Positions 9,491 to 18,533 of a DNA stretch of 64,000 nucleotides are shown here, piece after piece (position 1 is the first letter of the stretch; each line of letters starts with the position of its first letter). A program made the translations under genes and the position numbers. The notes beneath the pieces are model-generated. The model was not told where the DNA came from, searched no databases, and saw nothing but the letters and a program-made list of their open reading frames with translations. The stretch comes from Acutalibacteraceae bacterium (GTDB lineage Bacteria > Bacillota > Clostridia > Oscillospirales > Acutalibacteraceae). The stretch spans positions 309 through 64,308 of the forward strand of contig JAZPXO010000008.1 of assembly GCA_045543735.1 (NCBI GenBank). The letters are read 5' to 3'.

Positions 9491-10498
9491 ATGAAGAAAA
9501 AACTTGCTATTGCTCTCTCTCTTATTCTCGTTTTCGCAATGCTCTTCTGCACTGCTTGCGGCGACAAGAAGCCCGCAAACGGAGACGACCAGGCTGACAA
9601 GGTTGCAGCAGGCGATCTTTCCTCAATCAACATTCAGGTAGGCACAGGCGGCTCAACAGGTACTTACTACGGTTTCTGCAATGTTATTTCCACAATCCTT
9701 AAGGAAAAGACAGGCGCAAACCTTGTAATCAACTCATCAGGTGCTTCCAAGGCTAACATCCTTAATATCGCTGACGGTATCGTTGACATGGCTATCGTTC
9801 AGAATGACGTTATGGACTATGCTTATAACGGCACATCCCTTTTTGAAAAAGACGGTGCTATCAAATCGTTCTCAACCCTCGGCGCAGCTTATGCTGAAGT
9901 TTGCCAGATCGTAGCTAAGGCTGATTCAGGCATCAAGACAGTTGCTGACCTCAAGGGCAAGAAGGTTTCCGTTGGTGACAGCGGCAGCGGCGTTGAATTC
10001 AATGCTCAGCAGATTCTCGGTGCTTACGGCATCACATTCGAAGATATCGACAAGCAGAACCTCAGCTTCCAGGCATCAGCAGATGCTCTCAAGGACGGTA
10101 AGATTGATGCTTTCTTCTGCACAGCAGGTGCTCCCACAGTTGCTATCACTGACCTTGCAACAACAACCGGCATCGTTCTCGTTGAAATCGACGATGCACA
10201 CCTTCAGGCTCTCCAGAAGGATTACGGCTTCTATGCAGCATACAATGTTCCTGCTGGCACATACAACGGCGTTGATGCTGATGTAACAACAGTTGCTGTT
10301 AAGGCTACATTCATTGTCAGCAACGAGCTTGATGAAGAAACCGTTTACCAGCTTACAAAGGCTATCTATGAAAATAAGGATGCATATACTCACGATAAGG
10401 CTAAGGAACTCAGCCTTGAATATGCAGTTTCCAGCATTTCTGTTCCCTTCCATCCCGGTGCAGAAAAGTATTATAAAGAGGTCGGCGCAATCAGCTGA
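9491..10498 (+). CDS. TAXI-family TRAP transporter substrate-binding lipoprotein
   Basis: GGAGG RBS then MKKKLA; lipobox-like TAC; GTGGSTGTYY, SGASKAN, GDSGSG, PFHPGA. Confidence 0.93.
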   Translation: MKKKLAIALSLILVFAMLFCTACGDKKPANGDDQADKVAAGDLSSINIQVGTGGSTGTYYGFCNVISTILKEKTGANLVINSSGASKANILNIADGIVDMAIVQNDVMDYAYNGTSLFEKDGAIKSFSTLGAAYAEVCQIVAKADSGIKTVADLKGKKVSVGDSGSGVEFNAQQILGAYGITFEDIDKQNLSFQASADALKDGKIDAFFCTAGAPTVAITDLATTTGIVLVEIDDAHLQALQKDYGFYAAYNVPAGTYNGVDADVTTVAVKATFIVSNELDEETVYQLTKAIYENKDAYTHDKAKELSLEYAVSSISVPFHPGAEKYYKEVGAIS

Positions 10499-11025
10499 TG
10501 AGCTTTAAATCCATTACTTTTTCTAAAAAATGGTTAATCGCAGCAGCCGTTATAATGGTTATCATTACAGCGGCTGCTGTTTCTTTAAATCGGCTTTCTG
10601 TTGAATATCTTGTTATTTATAATACTGAAACCGGGACAAGATACATAACCGATAAAGCTGAAGAGGGTTTGATTTTTTCGGTTGAGTTCATTCATTCTGT
10701 CAATCAGACTCCTGTAAAAGATGCTTACATAATTGAAAACGGGCAGATAAAAGCCCATTCAACAACTTACCGTTCGTTCGGGGCAGGGGTTCAGACCTCT
10801 CTGAATGAAGGGGAAAAAATGACCTACGATGATGAAGGGGATATGGTTATTACGGGTTTTGATATTACTTATGACTCGCTTACTTATATCGTGGGAACGG
10901 TTTCAGACCATATTCTCGAACTGGACGGCAAGGAAATCAGCCTTCGTGATCTGTGCGGCAGAAATGCGAAAGTTGCTTTTGAGGTCGCTCCTTTATATGA
11001 AATTCTGACGAAAGGACTGTTGTAA
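10498..11025 (+). CDS. DUF1850-family protein (TAXI-TRAP associated)
   Basis: FIHSVNQTPV, SFGAGV motifs; typical position between TAXI SBP and permease. Confidence 0.85.
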   Translation: MSFKSITFSKKWLIAAAVIMVIITAAAVSLNRLSVEYLVIYNTETGTRYITDKAEEGLIFSVEFIHSVNQTPVKDAYIIENGQIKAHSTTYRSFGAGVQTSLNEGEKMTYDDEGDMVITGFDITYDSLTYIVGTVSDHILELDGKEISLRDLCGRNAKVAFEVAPLYEILTKGLL

Positions 11026-11028
11026 TTA

Positions 11029-13008
11029 ATGTCAGATGTAAACACAAAGCCTGTTATCATGGAAGCGGAAGAAGAAGCCGTTGATGTTGACAAAATCATG
11101 GCGGAGTTTGATAAGGAATCCAATACCCGTCATTTTTCAGGCGTATTTCAAAAAATAATCAAAGCGGTCATGGTTCTGTTTTCGCTCTATGTTATGGTTG
11201 ACGGCTGGTTCGGAACCATGGAAGAGCGTCAGAAAATGGCGTGGTTTATCGGTATAATAGTATTTATTGCGTTCATTATTTATCCCGTTCGCAAAAAGGA
11301 AGAAAAGAAGCTCAATCATGTTCCTTTTTATGATTGGATTTTTGCGGTATTGGGTGCAGGTTCATTCTTCTATTATGCAATCAACTGTCAGGCAATCGTT
11401 GACAGAGCTTCAAGAATCAACGAGATTGATATCGCAATCGCAATAGTCGGCACTCTTCTTCTGTTTGAAGCCTGCCGCAGAGTTGTAGGCCTGCCGATTG
11501 TCTGTGTTTCAGCCGCATTCATTGCTTATGCATTCGTTGTTGTTCAGCGATCTCCGCTGAGAATAATCATGCATAAATTATTCTATACAACAGAAGGTAT
11601 AGCAGGCACTCCTCTTAATGTTTGTGCTTCTTTCATTGTTCTTTTCATTATTTTTGCATCGTTCCTTGAGCAATCGGGTATCGGCGCATTCTTCGTTGAC
11701 CTTGCAAACTCAATTGCAGGTAAAGCCACGGGCGGCCCTGCAAAGGTAGCTGTTATTTCAAGCGCAATGGAAGGTATGTATTCGGGCTCATCGGTTGCCA
11801 ACACTGTAGGCAGCGGCTCGGTTACAATTCCCACAATGAAGCGCTGCGGCTATAAACCTGAGTTTGCCGCTGCTGTTGAGGCTGCCGCATCAACAGGCGG
11901 TCAGATTATGCCTCCCATCATGGGTGCTGCGGCATTCCTTATGACCGAATATACAGGTCTCCCTTATTCTAAAATCGCAATTGCCGCAATTCTTCCCGCG
12001 GTTCTTTATTTCACAGGCATCTTCATGATGATTCATTTTGAAGCCAAGAAGCTTGGTCTCAAGGGTCTCCCCAAGGAATCCATTCCCAATTTCTTCAAGC
12101 TTGTTTTAACAAAGGGATATCTTCTTCTTCCCGTTGTTGCGCTCGTTGTTGCGATGAATCATTTCTCACCTGCAAAGGCTGCTATTTTTGCAATTCTTGT
12201 TGCAATCGGCGTCAAGCTTATTGAAGGTGTTGTTAAATCAATCGTTCATAAGAAGTTTGATTTTGATTTCAACCTTTATCTTCAGTCTCTCGCAAACGGA
12301 ACAAAGAACGCAATCGGCGTTGCTCTTGCATGCGCTGTTGCAGGTTGTATTTCAGCTATGGTTCAGCAGACAGGTCTTGCGAATGTTCTTTCGTCGCTTG
12401 TTCAGTCTGCATCGCAGATTCATCCCATTTTCGCACTCGGTCTGACAATGATTATGTGTATCGTTCTCGGCATGGGTGTTCCCACTACTGCGAACTATGT
12501 TATCATGGCTTCGATGGTTGCTCCCATTCTTATGCGCAGCCTCAGCATTCCCGTTCTTGCTGCTCACATGTTTGTTTTCTATTTCGGTATTGTTGCCGAT
12601 ATCACACCTCCCGTTGCTCTTGCGGCATATGCAGGTTCGGCAATTGCAAAATCCAATCCGATGAAAACAGGTGTTACTGCAACGCGTCTTGCTATTACAG
12701 CTTTCATTGTTCCCTATATCTTTGCTTTCAGCCCCGAAATGCTTATTATCGGCTCTGATAAGCCCTGGTACGAAATCGTTCTTCTCTGCATTACTGCGGT
12801 AATCGGAATTTATATTATATCCGCCGGTATGGAAGGATATATGTATAAGAAGATGCCTGTATGGGAAAGAATAATGGCTCTTGTCGGCGGTCTTTGCCTT
12901 GTTATTCCAGGCGTTGTTACAGATGCTGTCGGTCTCGGCCTGATAATTCTTGTTATTATTCTTCAGAAGATAGGCTGTAAAAAACAAAAAACCGCTGTTG
13001 CGGCATAA
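11029..13008 (+). CDS. TRAP transporter fused 4TM/12TM permease (TAXI type)
   Basis: GGPAKVAV, SGSSVAN, EAAASTGGQIMPPIMGAAAF, LGMGVPTTANY, ADITPPVALAA. Confidence 0.95.
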   Translation: MSDVNTKPVIMEAEEEAVDVDKIMAEFDKESNTRHFSGVFQKIIKAVMVLFSLYVMVDGWFGTMEERQKMAWFIGIIVFIAFIIYPVRKKEEKKLNHVPFYDWIFAVLGAGSFFYYAINCQAIVDRASRINEIDIAIAIVGTLLLFEACRRVVGLPIVCVSAAFIAYAFVVVQRSPLRIIMHKLFYTTEGIAGTPLNVCASFIVLFIIFASFLEQSGIGAFFVDLANSIAGKATGGPAKVAVISSAMEGMYSGSSVANTVGSGSVTIPTMKRCGYKPEFAAAVEAAASTGGQIMPPIMGAAAFLMTEYTGLPYSKIAIAAILPAVLYFTGIFMMIHFEAKKLGLKGLPKESIPNFFKLVLTKGYLLLPVVALVVAMNHFSPAKAAIFAILVAIGVKLIEGVVKSIVHKKFDFDFNLYLQSLANGTKNAIGVALACAVAGCISAMVQQTGLANVLSSLVQSASQIHPIFALGLTMIMCIVLGMGVPTTANYVIMASMVAPILMRSLSIPVLAAHMFVFYFGIVADITPPVALAAYAGSAIAKSNPMKTGVTATRLAITAFIVPYIFAFSPEMLIIGSDKPWYEIVLLCITAVIGIYIISAGMEGYMYKKMPVWERIMALVGGLCLVIPGVVTDAVGLGLIILVIILQKIGCKKQKTAVAA

Positions 13009-13017
13009 TTAAAGATT

Positions 13018-13056
13018 AAAACCGTAGGTGATTGATTCGCTTACGGTTTTTCTTTT
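13018..13056 (+). terminator. Rho-independent terminator
   Basis: AAACCGTAGG...CTTACGGTTT stem plus T-tract. Confidence 0.75.
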
Positions 13057-13129
13057 GTTACTGATTGAATTTTAAGGTAATATGTGGTAGGATATATAAT
13101 GTATATAAATACATTCAGGAGGCATTGCC

Positions 13130-15067
13130 ATGAAGAAGTTTTTATGCATTGTTCTTGCGGTTATTTCGGTGTTCCTGATTCCTTTTGAGTTGGCAGGCGC
13201 CGATGATGGCGGATTTGAAGTTTTGCAGGAAATCCGCATTCAACCAACAGAAATCCGCCAAAGGAAAAAGGTTGAAGGTCTGCGAATGTATGTTGATTCG
13301 GATAACCCTCTGTTCATGATAAGAAACTGCCCGATTTGGGGCGGACCGCAGACGGGTGAAGCATTTGCGTCGTATGCGATCAAAACATATAATGCACTTC
13401 CCGAAGATATGCGCAATTTTACCGTTATTTATATAGATGAAGGTCCCGTTGACATGACTCCTGCGCGTCAGCTTGAATTCTGGGATGAGCTTCTGACATA
13501 TACCGATGCGGCAGGTGTGCCGATTGTTTGCCAGTCGGAATGCTTCTGCACCAACAAAACCCGTGATCCGTTTACGCAGGAAGAGCTTTCCGCCTTGTTC
13601 AGAAAGCATGAATCGCTTATCGGCTTTGTTCAGGTTGAGCTTTCAACCAACGGCGTAACAAATGAAAAGCTTGCATATGATGAGGTTACGGAAGATAACG
13701 GCGTTAATAAAAATATTCTGGCAAGAATGAAATCCTGCATAAAGGCATGTGCTGAAAACGGAGGCCTTTTCATCTGGCAGGATATGGAATATATCTATTG
13801 GAAAAAGCTCAATTATGTTAACCATATTCTTAAGGACAGGGAGCTTTATGACCTACTTAAAAGCTGTTCTCAGAATGTAATAATCATGGATAAGCATAAC
13901 GGTCACGGCAGACATTTTGCCTCACAGTCCAATATTCTCGGATGCTGGCTTGACGGAGTGTGCGGTAACTGGGGAGTCAATCTTGAAAACTTCCTCTGGT
14001 ATGAGGAGGGCTTCACCGAATACGATGATATCGGAGTTAAACCCAACGAACCTGATTTCATATATACGGCAAAATATCCGCCTGCACTTTACGGCATTGA
14101 TATGATAGCTGATATGGTAGCCGGTGCAACCGTATTTTCTATTGAGGGTACTTTCAGCAGAGGAGGGCTTTACCACTTTGTTGACGGCGAGGTTATTCTG
14201 ACTCCGACCTTCTATGAGGTGCTTTATCCTTTCTATCAGATGGCTCTTAACGGCTCCGTACCGTCAAAGGAGCAGGTGAAGGATAAAATTAAGGTTGCTT
14301 ATAAGATGGGTCTGCCTTATTCCTATCCTATCGGCGGCAACGATGCGCATTTTCTCCAGGGACTCTATTGCGACACCTTCACTCTTTTTCAGGAGAAAAT
14401 TGATAACATTCTCTTTGACTGCACAAAGGATTGGGTGCCTTCGACGGGCAGATATTATCTGATACCCATTCTTCCGATTTATTCCGAGCCTGAGGAAGTT
14501 CTGCCTGAGAGCTACATTCTCAACGATTTTAAATATTTCTTCAATTTACTTTTCATTAATCCTATAAAGGTCAACTTCTTTAACAAGCGTTATGAACAAA
14601 CCTACGAAGGTAACGGTGTTCTGTTTGACATCAATGGATATACCTATGTCTTTAACAGTAATGAAAATAAAATAACAGACAGCGAGCAGACAGTCAGTTA
14701 TACTTTAACCGAAAGCGGTAAGAGCCTTGAGACGGAATTTGTGGCGCATACCTATGCTGTTTTTGAAGAAAATGAAAACAATATAGATATTCAGCTTTGC
14801 AACCTGCGTCTCGATACCGATGAAGTCTGTGCAGGTCTTGAGAATGAGGATGAGTTCATGCGCGAATATGCTGCAGGAGGCAAGCGAAGCGACCAAAAGA
14901 ATTTCAGGGAGTCCGTGATAAAGCTTTCAGGCTTTAACAGTGAGCCGCTTGTCAGCGCTGCAGGCGCAAACAATGCAAAGCTCAGAAAAGAATGGAATTC
15001 CGAAACAGGTACTCTTACACTGACGGTTGTTTCAAACGGCAGAGTTGAAATTTCGGTAGATTATTAA
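13130..15067 (+). CDS. Secreted GH98-like glycoside hydrolase (blood-group endo-beta-galactosidase superfamily)
   Basis: Signal peptide; G.WL.G.CGNWG...WYE, GATVFSIE, STGRY.LIP; C-terminal YEG.G..YVFNSNEN..HTYAVFEEN..L.NLRLD resembling the GH98 C domain. Confidence 0.72.
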   Translation: MKKFLCIVLAVISVFLIPFELAGADDGGFEVLQEIRIQPTEIRQRKKVEGLRMYVDSDNPLFMIRNCPIWGGPQTGEAFASYAIKTYNALPEDMRNFTVIYIDEGPVDMTPARQLEFWDELLTYTDAAGVPIVCQSECFCTNKTRDPFTQEELSALFRKHESLIGFVQVELSTNGVTNEKLAYDEVTEDNGVNKNILARMKSCIKACAENGGLFIWQDMEYIYWKKLNYVNHILKDRELYDLLKSCSQNVIIMDKHNGHGRHFASQSNILGCWLDGVCGNWGVNLENFLWYEEGFTEYDDIGVKPNEPDFIYTAKYPPALYGIDMIADMVAGATVFSIEGTFSRGGLYHFVDGEVILTPTFYEVLYPFYQMALNGSVPSKEQVKDKIKVAYKMGLPYSYPIGGNDAHFLQGLYCDTFTLFQEKIDNILFDCTKDWVPSTGRYYLIPILPIYSEPEEVLPESYILNDFKYFFNLLFINPIKVNFFNKRYEQTYEGNGVLFDINGYTYVFNSNENKITDSEQTVSYTLTESGKSLETEFVAHTYAVFEENENNIDIQLCNLRLDTDEVCAGLENEDEFMREYAAGGKRSDQKNFRESVIKLSGFNSEPLVSAAGANNAKLRKEWNSETGTLTLTVVSNGRVEISVDY

Positions 15068-15087
15068 AATGGGAAAGAGGTAATATA

Positions 15088-15951
15088 ATGGCTTCAAAGG
15101 TTTATTTTTCAAGAGAAATTTCTCCCGAAAAGGCTGTTGAGCTTTATGATAAACTCGGCAAGGAGCTTTCGGGCAGGGTAGCGGTCAAGGTTCATTCGGG
15201 TGAAAAGGGCAATCAGAATTTTCTCAAACCCGATTTCTGGAAACCTGTTGTTGATAAAGTTAACGGAACCGTTGTTGAGTGTAATACCGCTTATAACGGC
15301 GAAAGAAACACAACCGAAAAGCACCTTAAGCTTTTTGATGAACATGGCTGGACAGAGCATTTTTCTGTTGACCTGCTTGATGCTGAGGGCGATGATCTTG
15401 TCCTTGAAATACCGAACGGCAAAAGGATAAAAAAGAACTTTGTCGGCAAAAACATGGCAAATTACGATTCTGTTCTCGTTCTTTCTCATTTCAAAGGACA
15501 CCCCATGGGCGGCTTTGGAGGAGCGCTCAAGCAGCTTTCCATCGGCTTCGCTTCATCTTACGGCAAGGGATATATCCACGGTGTGGGCAATCCCGATAAT
15601 TTCTGGACTTCCGATCATGATTCTTTCCTTGAATCCATGGCGGATGCCGCAGGGTCGGTTGTTGAATATTTCAAAGGAAACATTGTGTATATCAATGTTA
15701 TGAAAAATATGAGCGTTGACTGCGATTGCTGCGCTGTTGCGGAAGATCCCTGCATAGCAGATATAGGTATTCTTGTTTCCGACGATCCGATTGCAATTGA
15801 TCAGGCTTGCGTTGATCTTGTTTATGCGTGCTCTGATGAAGGTAAGCCTCATCTTATTGAGAGAATTGAAAGCCGCAACGGAATTCATACCGTCGAAGCG
15901 GCGGCAGAACTCGGTTACGGTTCAAGAGAATACGAACTTATTGAAGTCTGA
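15088..15951 (+). CDS. DUF362-family Fe-S protein
   Basis: VAVKVHSGE, ECNTAY, HFKGH.MGGFGGALKQLSIG, CDC, DPIAIDQA. Confidence 0.88.
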   Translation: MASKVYFSREISPEKAVELYDKLGKELSGRVAVKVHSGEKGNQNFLKPDFWKPVVDKVNGTVVECNTAYNGERNTTEKHLKLFDEHGWTEHFSVDLLDAEGDDLVLEIPNGKRIKKNFVGKNMANYDSVLVLSHFKGHPMGGFGGALKQLSIGFASSYGKGYIHGVGNPDNFWTSDHDSFLESMADAAGSVVEYFKGNIVYINVMKNMSVDCDCCAVAEDPCIADIGILVSDDPIAIDQACVDLVYACSDEGKPHLIERIESRNGIHTVEAAAELGYGSREYELIEV

Positions 15952-15963
15952 GAGGTTTATCTG

Positions 15964-17589
15964 ATGAAAAAAATTAAAAAAGCTTTTGCGCTTATTCTTA
16001 TTATTTCGATGCTTTTTGTAAGTAATTCGATGTTTTCTTATGCGGATAATGTAAAGCATTATTATTACATTGATTCAATTGACGGCGATGATGCAAACAG
16101 CGGAACGGATATAAACAGTGCCGTCAAAACAATTGCGGGTCTTAAGGAACTCGTAATCGAGCCCGGAACACATTTTCTTTTCAGAAACGGCGGCGAATAT
16201 GAGTGCGAGGTCACTCTGACATGCAGCGGTACAAAAGATAATCCGATTGTTATTTCTTCCTACGGCGATGGGGAAAAGGCTCTTCTTTATACGAATAACA
16301 ACACAGAGGTATTCAGATTTTTTGACTGTTCATATGTAACCGTTTCAGAGCTTCATATTCATGCTCCGAACGGCGGCGGAATCTGGATTGATACTCTTAA
16401 TGAAACATCAGTCGGCATGACGCTTGAAAATCTCTATTTCACCGATATTCAGAATTATAAAGTTACCAGCCGCGACGATTTTTCAAGAGGTGCTGCCCCT
16501 GCGAGAGCAGCTGTTATGATCAAAGGTCTGCCTGCGCGTTCAAGATACGCGGTAAATGATCTTACTGTAAGAGGCTGTGAGGTTTATAACTGCGCAAACG
16601 GCGTTATGATCTGGGGTTCATGGAATGATGAGCAGGCGCCCTGGTGCGATGAAGAGGATATTGATCCTGTTTATAACACAGGCGTTCTTGTTGAAGACTG
16701 CTATTTCCATGAAATGGATGCCGAAGCGGTTGTTGTCGGTATGTGCGACGGCGCGCTTGTTACCAACTGCAGAGCAATCAACTGCTGTCAGGGCGAAGGT
16801 CTTGACGAAAACGGCGAGATTCTTTATTTCACAGCCGCTATGTGGTTCTGGGGCAGCGAAAACAGTATAATTCAGTATTGTGAAATCGCAGGTCAGAAGA
16901 ATTTCGGCGACGGCATGGCTGTAGACTTTGATTCCCATTCCAACAATTGCACATATCAGTATATTTATTCCCATGATAACATCCGCTTTATCTGCAACAA
17001 CCCCAATTACAGCGGACATGTCAATAATACAGTAAAATACTGTCTTTCTGTCAACGATAATGTAGGCAGGTCGCGTCTTTCTGCTAATCCCGGAGAGTAT
17101 AATCTGAATTTCTATAACAACACAATTGTTAACTGCGGCGATTTCCACATGATTGATATGTATGATTCGCTTGTAGTCAATAACATTATCATGCCTGCTG
17201 ACGGCTGTGTTGTTTCATATGATATATGGGATCTGCCCCGCGATAATAACATCATCGGCAATAACTGTTATTATAACTGCGATCCGCCGCTTATCGACCT
17301 TGGTTCGATGAACACCGTTCCGGGTTTTGCGGGTACCGATTGGTCAGACCCCGAAAGCTTCAAGCTTTCTGCTGATTCTCCGCTTATCGGAGCAGGCTGT
17401 GAGGTTGAAGGGCTCATCGGCTCTGAGGATTTTTACGGCGAAGAATTTGTCAGCAACAATATCGGCTGCTATGGCGGTGAAGGTGTTGATGTTGAATATG
17501 AGGGCGAAAACATCTTTGTCAAAATTATCAGAATTATAAAACACATAATCAACCGTATCAGACATGAAATCGAATATTCATTAAACTGA
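15964..17589 (+). CDS. Secreted right-handed beta-helix glycosidase, GH136 (lacto-N-biosidase)-like
   Basis: Signal peptide; YYIDS..GDDANSG; AAMWFW..NSIIQY.E..DGMAVDFD..NCTYQY.YSHDN resembles the GH136 DG..xD.D..YQYNYSH.N region. Confidence 0.6.
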   Translation: MKKIKKAFALILIISMLFVSNSMFSYADNVKHYYYIDSIDGDDANSGTDINSAVKTIAGLKELVIEPGTHFLFRNGGEYECEVTLTCSGTKDNPIVISSYGDGEKALLYTNNNTEVFRFFDCSYVTVSELHIHAPNGGGIWIDTLNETSVGMTLENLYFTDIQNYKVTSRDDFSRGAAPARAAVMIKGLPARSRYAVNDLTVRGCEVYNCANGVMIWGSWNDEQAPWCDEEDIDPVYNTGVLVEDCYFHEMDAEAVVVGMCDGALVTNCRAINCCQGEGLDENGEILYFTAAMWFWGSENSIIQYCEIAGQKNFGDGMAVDFDSHSNNCTYQYIYSHDNIRFICNNPNYSGHVNNTVKYCLSVNDNVGRSRLSANPGEYNLNFYNNTIVNCGDFHMIDMYDSLVVNNIIMPADGCVVSYDIWDLPRDNNIIGNNCYYNCDPPLIDLGSMNTVPGFAGTDWSDPESFKLSADSPLIGAGCEVEGLIGSEDFYGEEFVSNNIGCYGGEGVDVEYEGENIFVKIIRIIKHIINRIRHEIEYSLN

Positions 17590-17619
17590 TATAAAATTAT
17601 TACATACGGAGGAAAAAAT

Positions 17620-18423
17620 ATGGTTGCACCCCTTACTTTCTGGCTTCTTTTTGCTGCCGCAATGCTTATAAGCTCTATCGGATTTTATAAGTATGTTTAT
17701 TTCATCTCGCTCGGCTACGGATTTTCAATTGCAGGTCTCGGCGTGCTTATGCTGATTCTCTTCAGAAACGGTCTCAGCGTCGGAACTGTTATTGCCTGCG
17801 CGCTGTTCTTCATTTACGGCGTTCGTCTTGGCGGATATCTTCTTGTCCGTGAAATCAAGAGCGCATCCTACCGTAACACAATGAAAACCGAAATCAAAGA
17901 CGGTAAAACAATGCCTTTCGGTGTTAAGTGCGCAATCTGGGTTACTTGTGCAGCTCTCTATGTAACTCAGGTTCTTCCCGTTTTCTACAGATTCCTCAAC
18001 GGCAAAAAGACTGACGGCTTCTGCATCGCAGGTCTTGTTATCATGGCTTTCGGTATTATTTTTGAATCTGTTGCCGATATCCAGAAAAACAACTCAAAGA
18101 AAAAGAATCCCAAGCGTTTTTGTGATACGGGACTTTACAAAATTGTCCGTTGCCCCAACTACCTTGGCGAAATGATTTTCTGGACAGGTGTACTTGTTTC
18201 AGGTGTTAATATTCTCACCGGTGTCGGTCAGTGGATTCTTGCACTAATCGGATATATCGGTATTATATTTGTTATGTTCAGCGGCGCACGTCGCCTTGAG
18301 CTTCGTCAGAACAAGAATTACGGCGATGATCCCGAATATCAGAAATATGTTAAAACCGTTCCCATTATGGTACCATTCGTTCCGCTTTACAGCGTTGCAA
18401 AATATAAATTCCTTGTAGCATAA
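17620..18423 (+). CDS. DUF1295-family membrane protein (steroid reductase/methyltransferase-like)
   Basis: Multi-TM; ESVADIQK, TGLY..VRCPNYLGE. Confidence 0.85.
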   Translation: MVAPLTFWLLFAAAMLISSIGFYKYVYFISLGYGFSIAGLGVLMLILFRNGLSVGTVIACALFFIYGVRLGGYLLVREIKSASYRNTMKTEIKDGKTMPFGVKCAIWVTCAALYVTQVLPVFYRFLNGKKTDGFCIAGLVIMAFGIIFESVADIQKNNSKKKNPKRFCDTGLYKIVRCPNYLGEMIFWTGVLVSGVNILTGVGQWILALIGYIGIIFVMFSGARRLELRQNKNYGDDPEYQKYVKTVPIMVPFVPLYSVAKYKFLVA

Positions 18424-18428
18424 TAACC

Positions 18429-18460
18429 AACTCCTCCGATTTACTTCGGGGGAGTTTTTT
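18429..18460 (+). terminator. Rho-independent terminator
   Basis: AACTCCTCCGA...TCGGGGGAGTT stem plus T-tract. Confidence 0.75.
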
Positions 18461-18533
18461 ATTGAAAAGTATGGATATATATGATAAAATCATTTCATAA
18501 TCTGAACGAAAATGTCAAAGAAAAGGTGAAGCT

